NCBI RefSeq assembly: GCF_963921235.1
Contig: NC_086097.1
Location: forward strand, 210,988,001 to 211,052,000
DNA: 64,000 bases
Source: Mobula hypostoma
Lineage: Eukaryota
Reading direction: 5' to 3'
The translations under genes were made by a program, and so were the position numbers. This document shows, one piece after another, positions 26,668 through 40,138 of this stretch (positions are counted from its first letter, which is position 1; every line of letters begins with the position of its first letter). Under the pieces are notes generated by a model. That model was given only the letters and a program-made list of their open reading frames with translations. It ran no database searches and was not told the DNA's origin.

Positions 26668-27370
26668 CTGTGGACTACAGGAAGAATGGAGACAGGCTAA
26701 CCACTATGGACATCAATGGATCTGGTGCGAGAGGGTGAACAGCTTTAAGATCCTCGGCATACACATCACCAGGGATGTCACCTGGTCTGGACATAGCGGC
26801 TGTGTGGAGAAAATAGCACAACATCACCTCTTTCATCTCAGGCGCAGTTGAAGGAGTTTGGTATGGACCCCCAAATCCCAAGAACTTTCTACAGGGGCAC
26901 AATTGAGAGCATCCTGACTGGCTACATCACTGCTTGGTATGGGAGCTGAACTTCCCTCAGTCGCAGGACTCTGCAGAGAATGGTGCGGACAGCCCAGCAC
27001 ATCTGTAGATGTGAACTTCCCACTATTCAGGACACTTACAAGGACAGGTGTATAAAAAGGGCCCAAAGGATCATTGAGAACCCGAGTCACCCCAACCACA
27101 AACTGTTCCAGCTGCTACCATCCGGGAAACAGTACTGAAGCATAAAAGCCAGGACCAACAGGCTCCGGGACAGCTTCTTCCACCAGACCTTCAGACTGAT
27201 AAATTCATGCTGATACAATTGTATTTCTATGTTATACTGACTGTCCTGTTGCCCATACTATTTATTACAAATTGCTGTAAATTGCACATTGCAAATTTAG
27301 ATGGAGATGCAATGTAAAGATTTTTCTCCTCATGTATATGAAGGATGTAAGTAATAAAGTCAATTCAATT
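26668..27370 (+). mobile_element. Rex1-like LINE 3' fragment
   Basis: FYRGTIESILTG and HKLFQLLPSGK motifs. AATAAAG-(TCAAT)n tail. Confidence 0.8.
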
Positions 27371-28549
27371 CCTTGGGGTTGGGATGTCTCACCCACCCAG
27401 ACCCAGGTTTATGTGAATGCTATGTGACTTATTGCCCTGCAATAGCCAGGCAGCATGAAATAACAGATCACACACAGCATACAATTGTAAAGAAGTATAC
27501 TGTATTTGTGAACATTAACTTAACCAAGAGTTAGTAAAGAAAAGAAAGAAAAAAAACCAAAAGGGCCTGTTATAATTAAACAGTCGAATGTGCAGAGGCT
27601 GGAGGCTGGAGCTCAAATCTTCCAAAAGCCATATTCACCGATACTCCAGCAATTTATTTTTTATTCCAGATTCCAGCATCTAATGGCTTTTGTGCCTTCA
27701 TCTTACAAGTCTGGACCAAGCTAATACTTTCAGTAAATGTTGGAAATGCCCATCAGGTCAGTCATGAAGTGTGGGGATTGAAACAGACTGAATGTTTTAA
27801 CACAATGACTTCCCATCAGAGGAAGATCTCAAAGCAGCAAAGAGAGGCGGCAAGGCAGCTGTAAAATATGGATCTAATGCAACTAATAGCTTGGGATTGC
27901 GAAGCGGGGCACAACCAACCGGAGTTTAAAGGATGACCGATTTGGAGGACAGTGGAGGAGATTACAGAGCAAAGTTGTATAAGAGTAATGACAAGGATTG
28001 GAGTCATCGAGTGATATAGCATGGAAACAGGACCATCAACCCAACTTGTCCAACTGCCTCCTAAAGATTGTCCCATTTGTCTGAATCTGGCGTATATATC
28101 CCTTGAAACCATTCTTATCCATGTACCAGGCTTTCTAATCATTGTAATTATCTCTACCTCTTCCTCTGGCAGCTTATTCTACCTATCCTTTGTGTGAAAA
28201 AGCTGCACCTCAGGTTCCTTTAAATCTTTCTCCTCTCACTTTAAATTTATGCCCTCTAGTTTTAGACCTCACTTCCCTGAGGAAAAAGGACTGTGGCTAT
28301 TTGCCTTATCAGTGCCCCTGGTGATTTTATAAACCTCTATAACGTCACCTCATTCCCTCCTTCACTCTAGGGAAGAAAGCACCAGTCTTTCCTTTCTCTC
28401 TTTCTCACTTTCTCTCCTTATAATTCACATCTTCTGAACTTTTCTTGCATCCTTCGCAGCTTGATGACATCCTTCCGTTAGTTCAGCAGCCAGAAAAGCA
28501 CACAATATTCTAAGTGCAGTCTTAGCAACACCTTGTACAGTTATAACAC

Positions 28550-28690
28550 AAACAACAGGAATTCTGCAGATGCTGGAAATTCAAGCAACACACATCAAAG
28601 TTGCTGATGAACGCAGCAGGCGTCGACTGTACCTCTTCCTAGAGATGCTGCCTGGCCTGCTGCGTTCACCAGCAACTTTGATGTGTGTTG
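28550..28690. mobile_element. Penelope-like fold-back insertion
   Basis: Inverted arms. Perfect 16-bp duplication CTTGTACAGTTATAAC at 28532-28547 and 28691-28706. Confidence 0.88.
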
Positions 28691-29063
28691 CTTGTACAGT
28701 TATAACCTGGCTTCCCAAATCTTGTACACAACACTCTGACTGATAAAGGCAAGCACACCAAATGCCTTTTTCAGAAACTTGTCAACCACTTACTAGGAAC
28801 TATGTGCTTGTATCCAAAGTTTCTCTGTTCTTTGACACCCCCCAAGCCCTGCCATTTACTGTGCAAGTCCTGCTCTAGTTTAACTTACAACACTGCATAC
28901 TTACTGAGGCTGAAAGCTCACCGCATTCCTTGGCCCACTTTCCCAGTTGATCCACCTGCAATTCCTGCTTAATTCTCAGGTGGCTTGCTTCACTGTCAAC
29001 AATACCATCAACTGTGGTGCCATCTGCAAGCTTACTTATCAGGCCAACTACACTTTCATCCAC

Positions 29064-29193
29064 AAAAAAGGGAAAGTCTGCAGATGCTGGAAATCAAAGT
29101 ATACAAAGTGCTGGAGGAACTCAGCAAGCCAGGCAGCTTCTATGGAAAGGAGAAAACAGATGGTATTTCAGGCCTAGACCCTTCATCAGGACT
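29064..29193 (-). mobile_element. Penelope-like pLTR fragment with decayed hammerhead
   Basis: Minus strand AGTCCTGATGAAGGGTCTAGGCCTGAAATACC. Flanking TACA(C/G)TTTCATCCA duplication. Confidence 0.8.
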
Positions 29194-30370
29194 TACAGTT
29201 TCATCCAAATCATTAAAATAGATGGCAAACAATAATGGACACTGTACTGATCCCGATGGCACACTGCTGGCTATGGGTCTCCAAACTGATAAACAATCCT
29301 CCACACCACCCTCTGATTTCACTACAAAGCCAATTTTGTATTCAAATGCCTACTTCACCCTCAATCCCATGTTTTTAAAACTTCTGGACCAGCCTTCTAG
29401 ACCAGCCCCGCAGGACTGTATCAAAGACCTTGCTAAAGTGCATGTAAACAATATCTACTGCCTCACTCTCATCAATTTTCTCAGCCAACTTCTTCAAAAT
29501 AATTAAATTTATGAGACACTGTTTCCCATGCGGATATCTTTGCAAACTTTTCTGGGGGAAAACACCTCAGAAAAGTGGACTTCGCTGAGGCCTACCTACA
29601 GATGGAGATGGAAGAAGACTCCTCACCATAAAAACTCACAAAGGGCATTATTGCTATAACAGGATCATTTTTGGAGTGGCATCTGCACCTACACTCTGGC
29701 AGAAAGCTATGGACCAGGTACTGCAAGGCTGCCCATGCACTCAGTGTTATCTGGATGACATTATTGTTACGAGCGAGGATGATAAGAAACATCTCCAGAA
29801 CCTCAAGACAGAGTTAAAAAGATTAGAAGATGATGGGCTGAGAGCATGAATCCGAATCCGAATCAGAATCAGGTTTATTATCATCGGCATGTGTCGTGAA
29901 ATTTGTCATAACATGTTTAGTGTGAATTCTTTAAACCAAGCATCACTTACTATGGTCACACCATTGATGCACAAGTTTTATACAAGTGTGCTGAGAAAAA
30001 TCAAGCAGTGGTGGATGCTCCAAGGCCAAAAAATGTGTTATAGTTGTGGTCCTTTTTAGGAATTTTCTATTCCTAAATTTTCAATTCCTGCCAAACCTGG
30101 CCACTTCTCTCCACCCCTTGAACTCATTACTACAGATCAGATTAAATGGAAATAGACAAATAGAGTGTGGTGGCTTTCAAAAGATTAAGGAAATTATGAC
30201 ATCAGATACTGTACTCCCCTATTATGATCCACACCATCCTGTGAAGTTCATCTGTGACATCTCACCTTATGGTCACATGTTATGAGTGACGGAAGTGAAC
30301 ACCCCTTTGTCTTTGCATCACATTCTCTTATCACTGCAGAGAAAAAATATGCACAGATTGATAGACAGGG

Positions 30371-30923
30371 AAACAACAGGAATTCTGCAGATGCTGGAAA
30401 TTCAAGCAACACACATCAAAGTTGCTGGTGAACGCAGCAGGCCAGGCAGCATCTCTAGGAAGAGGTACAGTCGACGTTTCAGGCCGAGACCCTTCGTTAT
30501 GAACATCGACTTCTCTAACTTCCGCTAATGCCCCACCTCCCCCTCGTACCCCATCTGTTATTTATTTTTATACACACATTCTTTCTCTCACTCTCCTTTT
30601 TCTCCCTCTGTCCCTCTGACTATACTCCTTGTCCATCCTCTGGGTCCCCCCCCCCACCTTGTCTTTCTCCCCGGACCTCCTGTCCCATGATCCTCTCATA
30701 TCCCCTTTGCCAATCACCTGTCCAGCTCTTGGCTCCATTCCCTCCCCCTCCTGTCTTCTCCTATCATTTTGGATCTCCACCTCCCCCTCCCACTTTCAAA
30801 TCCCTTACTCATTCTTCCTTCAGTTAGTCCTGACGAAGGGTCTCGGCCTGAAACGTCGACTGTGCCTCTTCCTAGAGACACTGCCTGGCCTGCTGCGTTC
30901 ACCAGCAACTTTGATGTGTGTTG
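30371..30923 (+). mobile_element. Penelope-like element: inverted partial pLTR, ORF C-terminus and 3' pLTR
   Basis: 30371-30497 is the reverse complement of the pLTR end. MNIDFSNFR* at 30499-30528 resembles a PLE GIY-YIG C-terminus. Pyrimidine-rich UTR. TTGATAGA(C/G)AGGG duplicated at 30358-30370 and 30925-30937. Confidence 0.9.
30826..30861 (+). ncRNA. Minimal type-I hammerhead ribozyme motif
   Basis: AGTC|CTGACGA|AGGGTCTCGGCCT|GAAAC|GTC^GACT. Both core boxes present, stem I AGTC/GACT, stem II AGG/CCT, GUC cleavage triplet. Confidence 0.85.
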
Positions 30924-33900
30924 GTTGATAGAGAGGGCTTGAGTCTGGTTTGTGGTGTGAAACGTTTCACTCAGTACCTGAATAGGAGTGAGTTTACCCT
31001 CATTACTGAACATCAACCACTGGTGTCCATTTTCAATCCACAGAAGTGTGTTCCACTGACAGCAGCAGCACGAATGCAGATGTGGTCTCCGTTTCTTGGA
31101 GGACGCACTTACAAGATCGAATTCAAGAGGACAGCTAATCATAGAAATACTGATGGATTGTCCCATTTACCCTTGGAAAAAGAAATGCATGAAAAATTTA
31201 CAAAGACAAAGTACCTCTTGACATATTCTCCCTAATGCAAATTGAAAGTCTCCTCATTAAAGCAGAGATGATTAAAAGTGAAATCAGAAAATACTCCACA
31301 CTGTCTCAGGTCTACAAAATCACCCCAAAATGCCTGGAATGTGCAGCTGAAATTCCAGCTCCCCTATATTTACCAGCAATAGGTAATTTGCCCTTGACAG
31401 GGGTTGCCTCATGTGAGGACTGGGAATTGTTATACCATCCAAGCTGAGAGCAGAAGTGTTGGAGGAGCTATACACCAGTCATTTAGACATGGTCAAAATG
31501 GAAGCTTTGGCTCGAAGCTTTGGCTGGTGGTTTGGGATAGATCAACAAATTAAGCAGCTAGTTATTCACTGTTCAGGATGCCAAAACATCCAGAAGATGC
31601 CAGGGGCGGTGCCTCTCTACCCCTGGGAATGGTCTGTTTGCCCTGGCAGAGGATTCACGTGGATTTTGCCAGACTGTGCATGGGCACATATTTCTTGGGT
31701 GCAGCTACAAAGTGGACAGATGTGTTCCCAATATGCTCCATTACAGCCTCACACTCTGTGATGCATTGAGAAACCTCTTCTCGAGGACTGGTGTTCAAGA
31801 ACACTCAGTCAGTGACAATGAACCACAGGTTGTTGTGGAATAATTTTAGGCATTCCTGAAAATGAATGGAATAAGGCATATTACATCTGTACCATGCCAC
31901 TCAGCTGCAAATGGCTTGGCAGAAGGGTTTGTCTAGAGTCTAAAGAGGGCACTGTGAGCAATGTCAGCAAGACACATTACACTGAATCAGAAGCTTGCCA
32001 ACTTCCTCCTTGCATATCACAATGCAGCACACTTTACAACCAACAACTCACCGACTATGCTGGCCTTGGTTCATACATTGCACTCACACTTTGATATCCT
32101 CAAACCCAATTTCAAAAGAACAGTAAAGAATAAACGGCTGAAACAAATTGAGGGCTCCTCAAACAAGGGCACAGGAGCAGAATTGGGCCATTTGGCCCAT
32201 CGAGTCTGCTCCAACATTTCATCATGGCTGATCCATTTCCACCTCAACCACATTCTCCCGCCTTCTCCCAGGTAACATTTCACACCCTGACTGATCACAA
32301 ACCTATCAATCTATGCCTTAAATACACCCAATAACCTGGCCTCCATAACTGCTTGTGGTGACAAATTCCACAGACTCACTACTCTCTGGCTAAAGAAATC
32401 CTTTCTCATCTCCATTCTAGATGGACATCTCTCCATTCTGACACTGTGCCCTCTGGTCATAGATACACACACTATATGAAATATCTTCTCCACATCCCAT
32501 CTATCTTAATCTTTCAACAGTCAATGGGTTTCAATGAGATCCCCTCTCATATTCCCAAATTCCAGCAAAAAGAGGCCTTTAACCCTTTCGTTCCTGCAAT
32601 CATCCTCGCGAATCTCTTCTGAAATCTCTCCAATATCAACATATTCTTTCTTACATAAGGGGCCCAAAACTGCTCACCATACTCTGTGAGGCCTCATCAG
32701 TACGTTATACAGTCTCAGCATTACATCCTTGCTTTTATATTCTAGTCTGCTTGAAATGAATGCTCACATTTCATTCACCTTCTTTACTACCAATTCAACC
32801 TGCAATTTTTAGGGAATCTTGCACGAGGACTCCCAAGTCACTTGGCGCCTTGTATTTTTTAATTTTCTCCTCATTTAGAGAATAGTTTATGCTTTTGTTT
32901 ATTCTACCAAAGTGCATGAACGTACACTTTCCAACACTGTATTCCATCTGCCACTCTTTGCCCATTCTCTATATCTGTCTGTCCTTCTGCAGCTTCTCTA
33001 CTTCCTCAACACTACCTGCCCTCCATCTATCTTTGTTTCATCTGCAAATGTAGCCACAAAATTATCAGTTCCATCATCCAATTCATGGACATAAAACATA
33101 AAAGAAGTAGTCCCAACATCGACTGCTGGGAAATACCCCAAATCACTGGCAGTCAATCAGAAAAGGGTCCAATTATTCCCACTTTGTTTCCTACCAATCA
33201 GCCAATGCTGCATTCATACTAGAATCTTTCCTGTAACACCATGGGCTCTTATTTTGCTAAGCAGCCTCATGTGTGGCACCTTTTCAAAGGCCTTCGGAAA
33301 ATCCAATACACAAATCAGCTGATTCTCCTTTGCCTATCCTGCGTATTACTTCCTCAACAATTCCAACAGATTTGTCAAGTAAGGTTTTCTCTTATGTAAA
33401 TCATGTTGACTTCAGCCTACTTTATCATGGGCCTCCAAATATCTCAAAACCTCATCCTTAACAACCCACTCCAACATCTTCCCAACCACTGAGGTTCCGG
33501 CTATCTGGCCTAGAATTCCCCTCCTTCTCCCTTCTGGAAGAATGGAGAGAGAATTGCAATTTTCCAGTCCTTGGGAACCATTCTAGAATCTAGTGAATCT
33601 TAAAAGATCACTTATAATGCCTGCACAATCACTTCAGCTACTTCTTTCAGAACCACCAGGTGTTGTCCATCTAGTCCAGGTAACTTATCTACCTTCAGAC
33701 CTTTCAGTTTCTCATGCACCTTCTCCCTGCTAATAGAAACTGCGCTCACGACTGCCCCCTAGCACTCTCAAACTTTTGGCATACTGCTTCTGTCTTCCAC
33801 AATGAAGACTGATGAACAATACTGATTCAGTTCATCCGCCATTTCCTTGTTCCCCCATTACTAACTCTCCAGCATCATTTCCCAGTTGTCTGATATCTAT

Positions 33901-34495
33901 TGGCACCTCTCTTTTACTTTTTATGTATCTGAAAAAACTTTTGGTATCCTCTTTCATATTATTGGCCAGCTTACCTTTGTATTTCATCTTTTCCTTCTTT
34001 GTGACTTGCTTAGTTGCCTTCTGTTGGTTTTTAAAAGCTTCTCAATCCTCTAATTACCCACTAATTTTTATGCTATTATATATTTGCTCTCTTTTGCTCT
34101 TATGTTGGCTTTGCCCTCCCTTGTTAGTCATGGCTGTGTCACCCTACCTTTAATATTGTTCTTCATTGGAGTATATCTGTCTTGTGTCTTACAAATTGCT
34201 CCCAGAAACTCCATCATTGTTGCCCTGCTGTCATCCCTGCCAGTGTTCCATTCAACTTTGGACAGTTCCCTCTCTCATGCCTCTGTAATTTCCTTTTCTC
34301 CACTGTAATACTGATACATCTGACTTTAGCTTCTCCCTCTCAAATTGCAGGGTGAATTCCATCATATTACAATCACCGTCTCCAAAGGGCTCCATTACCT
34401 GAAGATCCCTAATCAAATCCGGTTCACTACTCAACACCCAATCTAGATTAGATAATCTGTTAGATTTGCTCAACCATAAACTGCTCTAAAAAGCC

Positions 34496-34589
34496 ACACA
34501 TAAAAATTGCTGGTGAATGCAGCAGGCCAGGCAGCAACTATAGGAAGAGATACAGTCGACGTTTCGGGCCGAGACCCTTCATCAGGACT
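34496..34589 (-). mobile_element. Penelope-like pLTR fragment
   Basis: Same family as 30371-30497, inserted in CR1. Confidence 0.8.
34554..34589 (-). ncRNA. Minimal type-I hammerhead ribozyme motif
   Basis: Minus strand AGTC|CTGATGA|A|GGGTCTCGGCCC|GAAAC|GTC^GACT. Stem II GGG/CCC. Confidence 0.85.
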
Positions 34590-35669
34590 CATCTGCAGAT
34601 TTCCTTGTACTGTAGGTATTATATAAGTTCTCTTCCTTGGGATCCAGCAGCCAACTGGTTTTCCCAATTTACCTGCATATTGACATTGCCATTTTGACAT
34701 CCCTTTTCTACCTCCTCTTGTAAATTATATCCCACATCCTGGCTACTGTTTAAAGGTCTATATATTTAGAGGCCTATTAGCATCTTTTTACCCTTGCAGT
34801 TTCTTAACTCCACCCACAAGGACTCTAGATCCTCTGATCCTGTCACCTCTTTCTAAGGATTTGATCTCATTTTTTACCAACAGAGCCACGCCACCCCCTC
34901 TGCCTACCTGCCTGTTGTTTATCTTCTTTCAGCCATGACTCAGTGACACCCACAATGTCTTACCTGCCAATCTATATCTGTGCTATAAGGTTATCTACCT
35001 TATTTTGTATACTGCGTACATTCAAATATAACACCTTCAGTCCTGTACTTGTCACCCTTTTCAATTTTGTCCCCGTTACACTGCAACTCATCCCATTGAC
35101 TGTAATTTTGCCCCATCACATGCCTATCCTTCCTGACAGTCTCATTGCACACTGCCTCTACTTGATAACTAACAGCCCCATCCTCAGCCTTATCACTCCA
35201 GTTCCCACCCCCCTGCCAAATAGTTTCACCTCTCTGCAACAGTTCTAGCAAACCTGCCCACAAGGATATTTGTCCCCCTCAGTTTCAGGTGTAACTCATC
35301 CCTTTTGTATAGGTCATACATTCTATCGAAGAGATCCCAATGATCCAGAAATCTGAAACCCTGCCCCCTGCACCAGTTCCTCAGTCATGCATTCATCTGC
35401 CAAATCATTCTATTCTTATCCTCTTCAGCATGTGACACAGGTAGGAATCCAGAGTTTACTGTCCTGTAGGTCCTGCTTTTCTGCTTTCTACATAACTAAA
35501 TTCTTTTTTCAGGACCCCCTCACTATTCCTGCCTATGTTATTGGTGCAAATATATACCAAGAGTTCTGGCTGCTCACCTTCCCCCTTTAGAAGGCCGTAG
35601 ATCCAATCTGAGACGTCCCTGACCCTGGTATCTGGGAGACAATGAATCTCCTTATGAGTGGTACAATGT

Positions 35670-35871
35670 TATTTATTTATATTTTTATTGAGGTCGGGCA
35701 CAGAGTAGGCCCTTCTGGCTCTTCAAGCCACACCACCCTGCCCAGCAAGGCCCCAATTTAATCCTAGTCTAATCATGGGACAATTTACAACGACCAATTA
35801 ACCTACCAACTGGTACATCTGTGGGATGAAACTCACATGGTCATGGGGAGAATGCACAAACTCCTTACAGG
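35670..35871 (-). mobile_element. V-SINE-like fragment with CR1-type tail
   Basis: Minus strand CTGTAAGGAGTTTGTGCATTCTCCCCATGACC core, a GAAGGGCCT end and a (TAAA)n tail. Confidence 0.55.
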
Positions 35872-36257
35872 TAATGTTGCATCAAGCAGTCCTGGCAGGG
35901 CACTACAGAGGTGATCAATAGTGGGTAGTTGGAAAGATGAAGGAAAGAACTGGACCACTCTCTTACATACCGGAGATTGCATCTGATGTCATCTGGAGAG
36001 GACACATCGATCAGATCAGGAGTGAAGAGTCTACGGTTAGAGAAGAAGGATGTCCAGAGCTGTCAGAACTGTCAACTCCTACAACTAGTACAGAGGAGGC
36101 CCCAGAACCAGAGATTGTTTCACAGCTACACGTCTCACCTGCTAAGCAGAGAGAACACCTCCTTTGTCAGGAAAGACATTGTCCCACACAAATAAGAAAT
36201 TATCTACAGCAATTAAACCTTTAGGCCAGGCAGTTTAAATATACATGAGGTAGAGCA

Positions 36258-39200
36258 ATATAAGATATAGGAGCAGAATTAGGCCATTTGGCCAGTCGCT
36301 TCTGCTCTGCCATTTCATCATGGCTGATCCAATTTTCCTCTCAGTCCTAATCTCCTCCTCATATCCCTTCATGTCTTGACTAATCAAGAATCAATCAACC
36401 TCTACCTTAAATATACATAAAGACTTGGCCTCTACAGCTGCCAGTGGCAAAGAATTCAATGGACTCAGCACTCTCTGGCTAAAGAAATTCCTCCTTGTCT
36501 CCATTCGAAAAGGATGACCCTCTACTCTAAGGCTGAATCCTTTGGTCTTAGACTCTGCCACCATGGGAAAGATCCTATCGACATTCACTCTATCAAAGCA
36601 TTTCAACATTTGATAGGCTTCAACGCGGTCACCCCTCATTCTTCTGAATACTAGTGAATAAAGGCTCAGAGCCTTCAAACATTCTTCATATTACAAGTTA
36701 TTCAACCCTGGAATAACTTTCATGAACCTCCTTGGAACAGTCTCCAGTTTCAGCACATATTTTCTAAAATAAGGGGCCCAAACCCACTCACAATATTCTA
36801 AGTGAGGCCTCACCAGTGCTTTATAAAGTCTCTTTGCTTCTATATTCTTGTCCTCTTGAAATGAATGCTGACATTGCATTTGCCTTCCTTACCACAGACT
36901 CAAGCTGTAAGTTAACCTTTAGGGAATCCTGCACAAGGACTCCCAAGCCCCTTTACGCCTCAGTTTTTGTATTTTCTCTCCATTTAGAAAATTGTCAACC
37001 TTTTCCTTTCTCCTACCAAAGTGCGTGACCATACTCTGTATTCCATTTGCCATTTCTTTGCCCATTCTCCTAATCTGTCTAAATCCACTTATAGCCTCTC
37101 TACTTCCTCAAAATTACCTGCCCCTCCACCTATCTTCATATTGTCTGCAAACTTTGCAACAAAACCATCAATTCCATCATGCAAATCATTGACATATAAC
37201 GTAAAAAGAATTGCTCCCAGCACATAACCCTGTGGAACACCACTAGCCTCTGGCAGCCAAGAAAAGGCTCCCTTTATTCCCTCCTGCCAATCAGCCACTG
37301 CTTTATCCATAGAACCATAGAAACTACAGCACAGAAACAGGCCTTTTGGTCCTTCTTGGCTGTGCCGAACCATTTTCTGCCTAGTCCCACTGACCTGCAC
37401 ACGGACCATATCCCTCCATACACCTCCCATCCATGTATCTGTCCAATTTATTCTTAAATGTTAAAAAAGAACCCACATTTACCACCTCATCTGGCAGCTC
37501 ATTCCATACTCCCACCACTCTCTGTGAGAAGAAGCCCCCCCTAATGTTCCCTTTAAACTTTCCCCCCCTCACCCTTAACCCATGTCCTCTGGTTTTTTTC
37601 TCCCCTTGTCTTAGTGGAAAAAGCCTGCTTGCATTCACTCTATCTATACCCATCATAATTTTATATGTCTCTATCAAATCTCCCCTCATTCTTCTATGCT
37701 CCAGGGAATAAAGTCCTAACCTATTCAACCTTTCTCTGTAACTGAGTTTCTCAAGTCCCGGCAACATCCTTGTAAACCTTCTCTGCACTCTTTCAACCTT
37801 ATTTATATCCTTCCTGTAATTTGGTGACCAAAACTGAACACAATACTCCAGGTTCGGCCTCACCAATGCCTTATACAACCTCATCATAACGTTCCAGCTC
37901 TTATACTCAATACTTTGATTAATAAAGGCCAATGTACCAAAAGCTCTCTTTACGACCCTATCTACCTGTGACGACACTTTTAGGGAATTTTGTATCTGTA
38001 TTCCCAGATCCCTCTGTTCCACTGCACTCCTCAGTGCCTTACCATTAACCCTATATGTTCTACCTTGGTTTGTCCTTCCAACATGCAATACCTCACACTT
38101 GTCTGTATTAAACTCCATCTGCCATTTTTCAGCCCATTTTTCCAGCTGGTCCAAGTCCCTCTGCAGGCTCTGAAAATCTTCCTCACTGTCTACTACACCT
38201 CCAATCTTTGTATCATCAGCAAATTTGCTGATCCAATTTACCACATTATCATCCAGATCATTGATATAGATGACAAATAACAATGGACCCAGCACTGATC
38301 CCTGTGGCACACCACTAGTCACAGGCCTCCACTTGGAGAAGCAATTCTCTACTACCACTCTTGAGCCAATGTCTAATCCAATTTACCACCTCTCCATGTA
38401 TACCTAGCGACTGAATTTTCCTAACTAACCTCCCAGGCGGGACCTTGTCAAAGGCCTTACTGAAGTCCATGTAGACAATATCCACTACCTTCCCTTCATC
38501 CACTTTCCTGGTAACCTCCTCGAAAAACTCCAATAGATTGGTCAAACATGACCTACCATGCACAAAGCCATGTTGACTCTCCCTAATAAGTCCCTGTCTA
38601 TCCAAATGCTTGTAGATTCTGTCTCTTAGTACTCCCTCCAATAACTTACCCACTACTGACGTTAAACTTACTGGCCTATAATTTCCAGGATTACTTTTCG
38701 ATCCTTTTTTAAACAACAGAACAACATGAGCCACTCTCCAATCTTCCGACACCTCACCTGTAGACAGCGACATTTTAAATATTACTGCCAGGGCCCCTGC
38801 AATTATATCCATGCTAGAATATTTTCTGTAATACCACGGGCTCCGAGCTTGTTAGGCAGCCTCATCTATGGCACCTTGTCAAAAGCCTTGTGAAACTCCA
38901 AGTACACAACATCACCTGATTCTCTATCCTAATTGTTACTTCTTCAAAGAATTCCAACAGATTTGTCAGGTAATACATAACCTTGAGGAAACTATGCTGA
39001 TTACAGCCTATTTTATCATGTGCTTCCAAGTACCCAAGCATCCTTAATAATTGACTCCAACATTTTCCCAACCACTAAGGTCAGAGTAACTGGTCTATAG
39101 TTTCCTTTCTTCTGCCTCTCTCCCTTCTTGAGGACTGGAGTAACATTTGTAACTTTCCAGTCTTCCGGAACCATTCCAGAATCCAGTGATTCTTGAAAGA

Positions 39201-40103
39201 TCATATTAATGCCTCCATGATCTCTTCAGCCACCTCTTTCAGAACTCTGGATTGTACATCATCTGGTACAGGTGAATTATCTACCTTCAGAACCTTTTCT
39301 CTAGTTATGGTAAATTCACACACTGCATGCCGTCTGATACCTGGAACTTCCACCATACCGCTAGTATATGCGACAGTGAAGACTGATACAAGATACTTAT
39401 TTAGTTGATTAGCCATGGTTGTGTCACCTTTCCTTTGGAATACTTCATCCTCTTTGGCATGTATATATCCTGTGCTTTCCAAACTGCTCCCAGAAATTCC
39501 AGACATTGCTGCTCCGCTGTCATCCCTGCCAGTGTTCTTTTCCAGTCAGTTCTGGCCACCTCCGCTCTCATGACTCTGTATCTCCCTTTACTTCACTGTA
39601 ATACTGATACATCTCAATTTAGCTTCTCCTTCTCAAATTTCAGGGTGAATTTGATCATATTATGATCATTTTTCCCGAAGGGTCCTTTTACCTTAAGATC
39701 TCTAATCAATTCTGGCTCATTGCACAGCACCCAATATAGAATAGCCGATCTTCTGGTGTACTCAACCATAAGCTGCTCTAATAAGCCATCTCCTGGACAC
39801 TCCAGAAATTCCCCACTCCCTTGTCCTGTAATCCAGCACCAACCTTTTCCCAATCAACCTGCATATTGAAGACCCTATGACCATTGTAACATAGCCTGCA
39901 TTTCTGTCTCCCGTTGTAGTTTGTAGGCCTGTTTGCGGGTCTGTGTACAACTCCCATCAGGTTCTTTTTACCCTTGCAGTTCCTTAGCTCTATTCACAAT
40001 GATTCAACACCTTATGACCCTATGTCACCTCTTTCTAATAATTTAATTTCATTTTTTATCAACAGAGCCATGCCAGCCCCTCTGCCTTCCTGCCTGTCCT
40101 TTG
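36258..40103 (-). mobile_element. CR1 LINE split by a younger CR1 at 37310-38803
   Basis: [28 protein letters not shown] and APE motifs on both sides of the insert. Confidence 0.85.
37310..38803 (-). mobile_element. Young 5'-truncated CR1 with open 325-aa RT C-terminal frame (37381-38358)
   Basis: [15 protein letters not shown] and YMDFSKAFDKV. TATCCAT occurs on both flanks. Confidence 0.95.
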
Positions 40104-40138
40104 TTACATATCTGAGTTGAGATGCATTTTATATTAGG

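Larger units (their letters stand above)
28003..29531 (-). mobile_element. Old CR1 LINE, apparently continuing at ~45075-45245
   Basis: ISKLADGT and SSVPSGSVQCPLLFAIYFNDLD on the minus strand. Two PLE inserts. Confidence 0.8.
32168..35640 (-). mobile_element. Decayed CR1 LINE (part of ORF1 to 3' end) inside Gypsy integrase
   Basis: DFFSQRVVSLWN and LDWVL.SEPDLIRDLQV.EP.G (APE) motifs. Confidence 0.85.
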
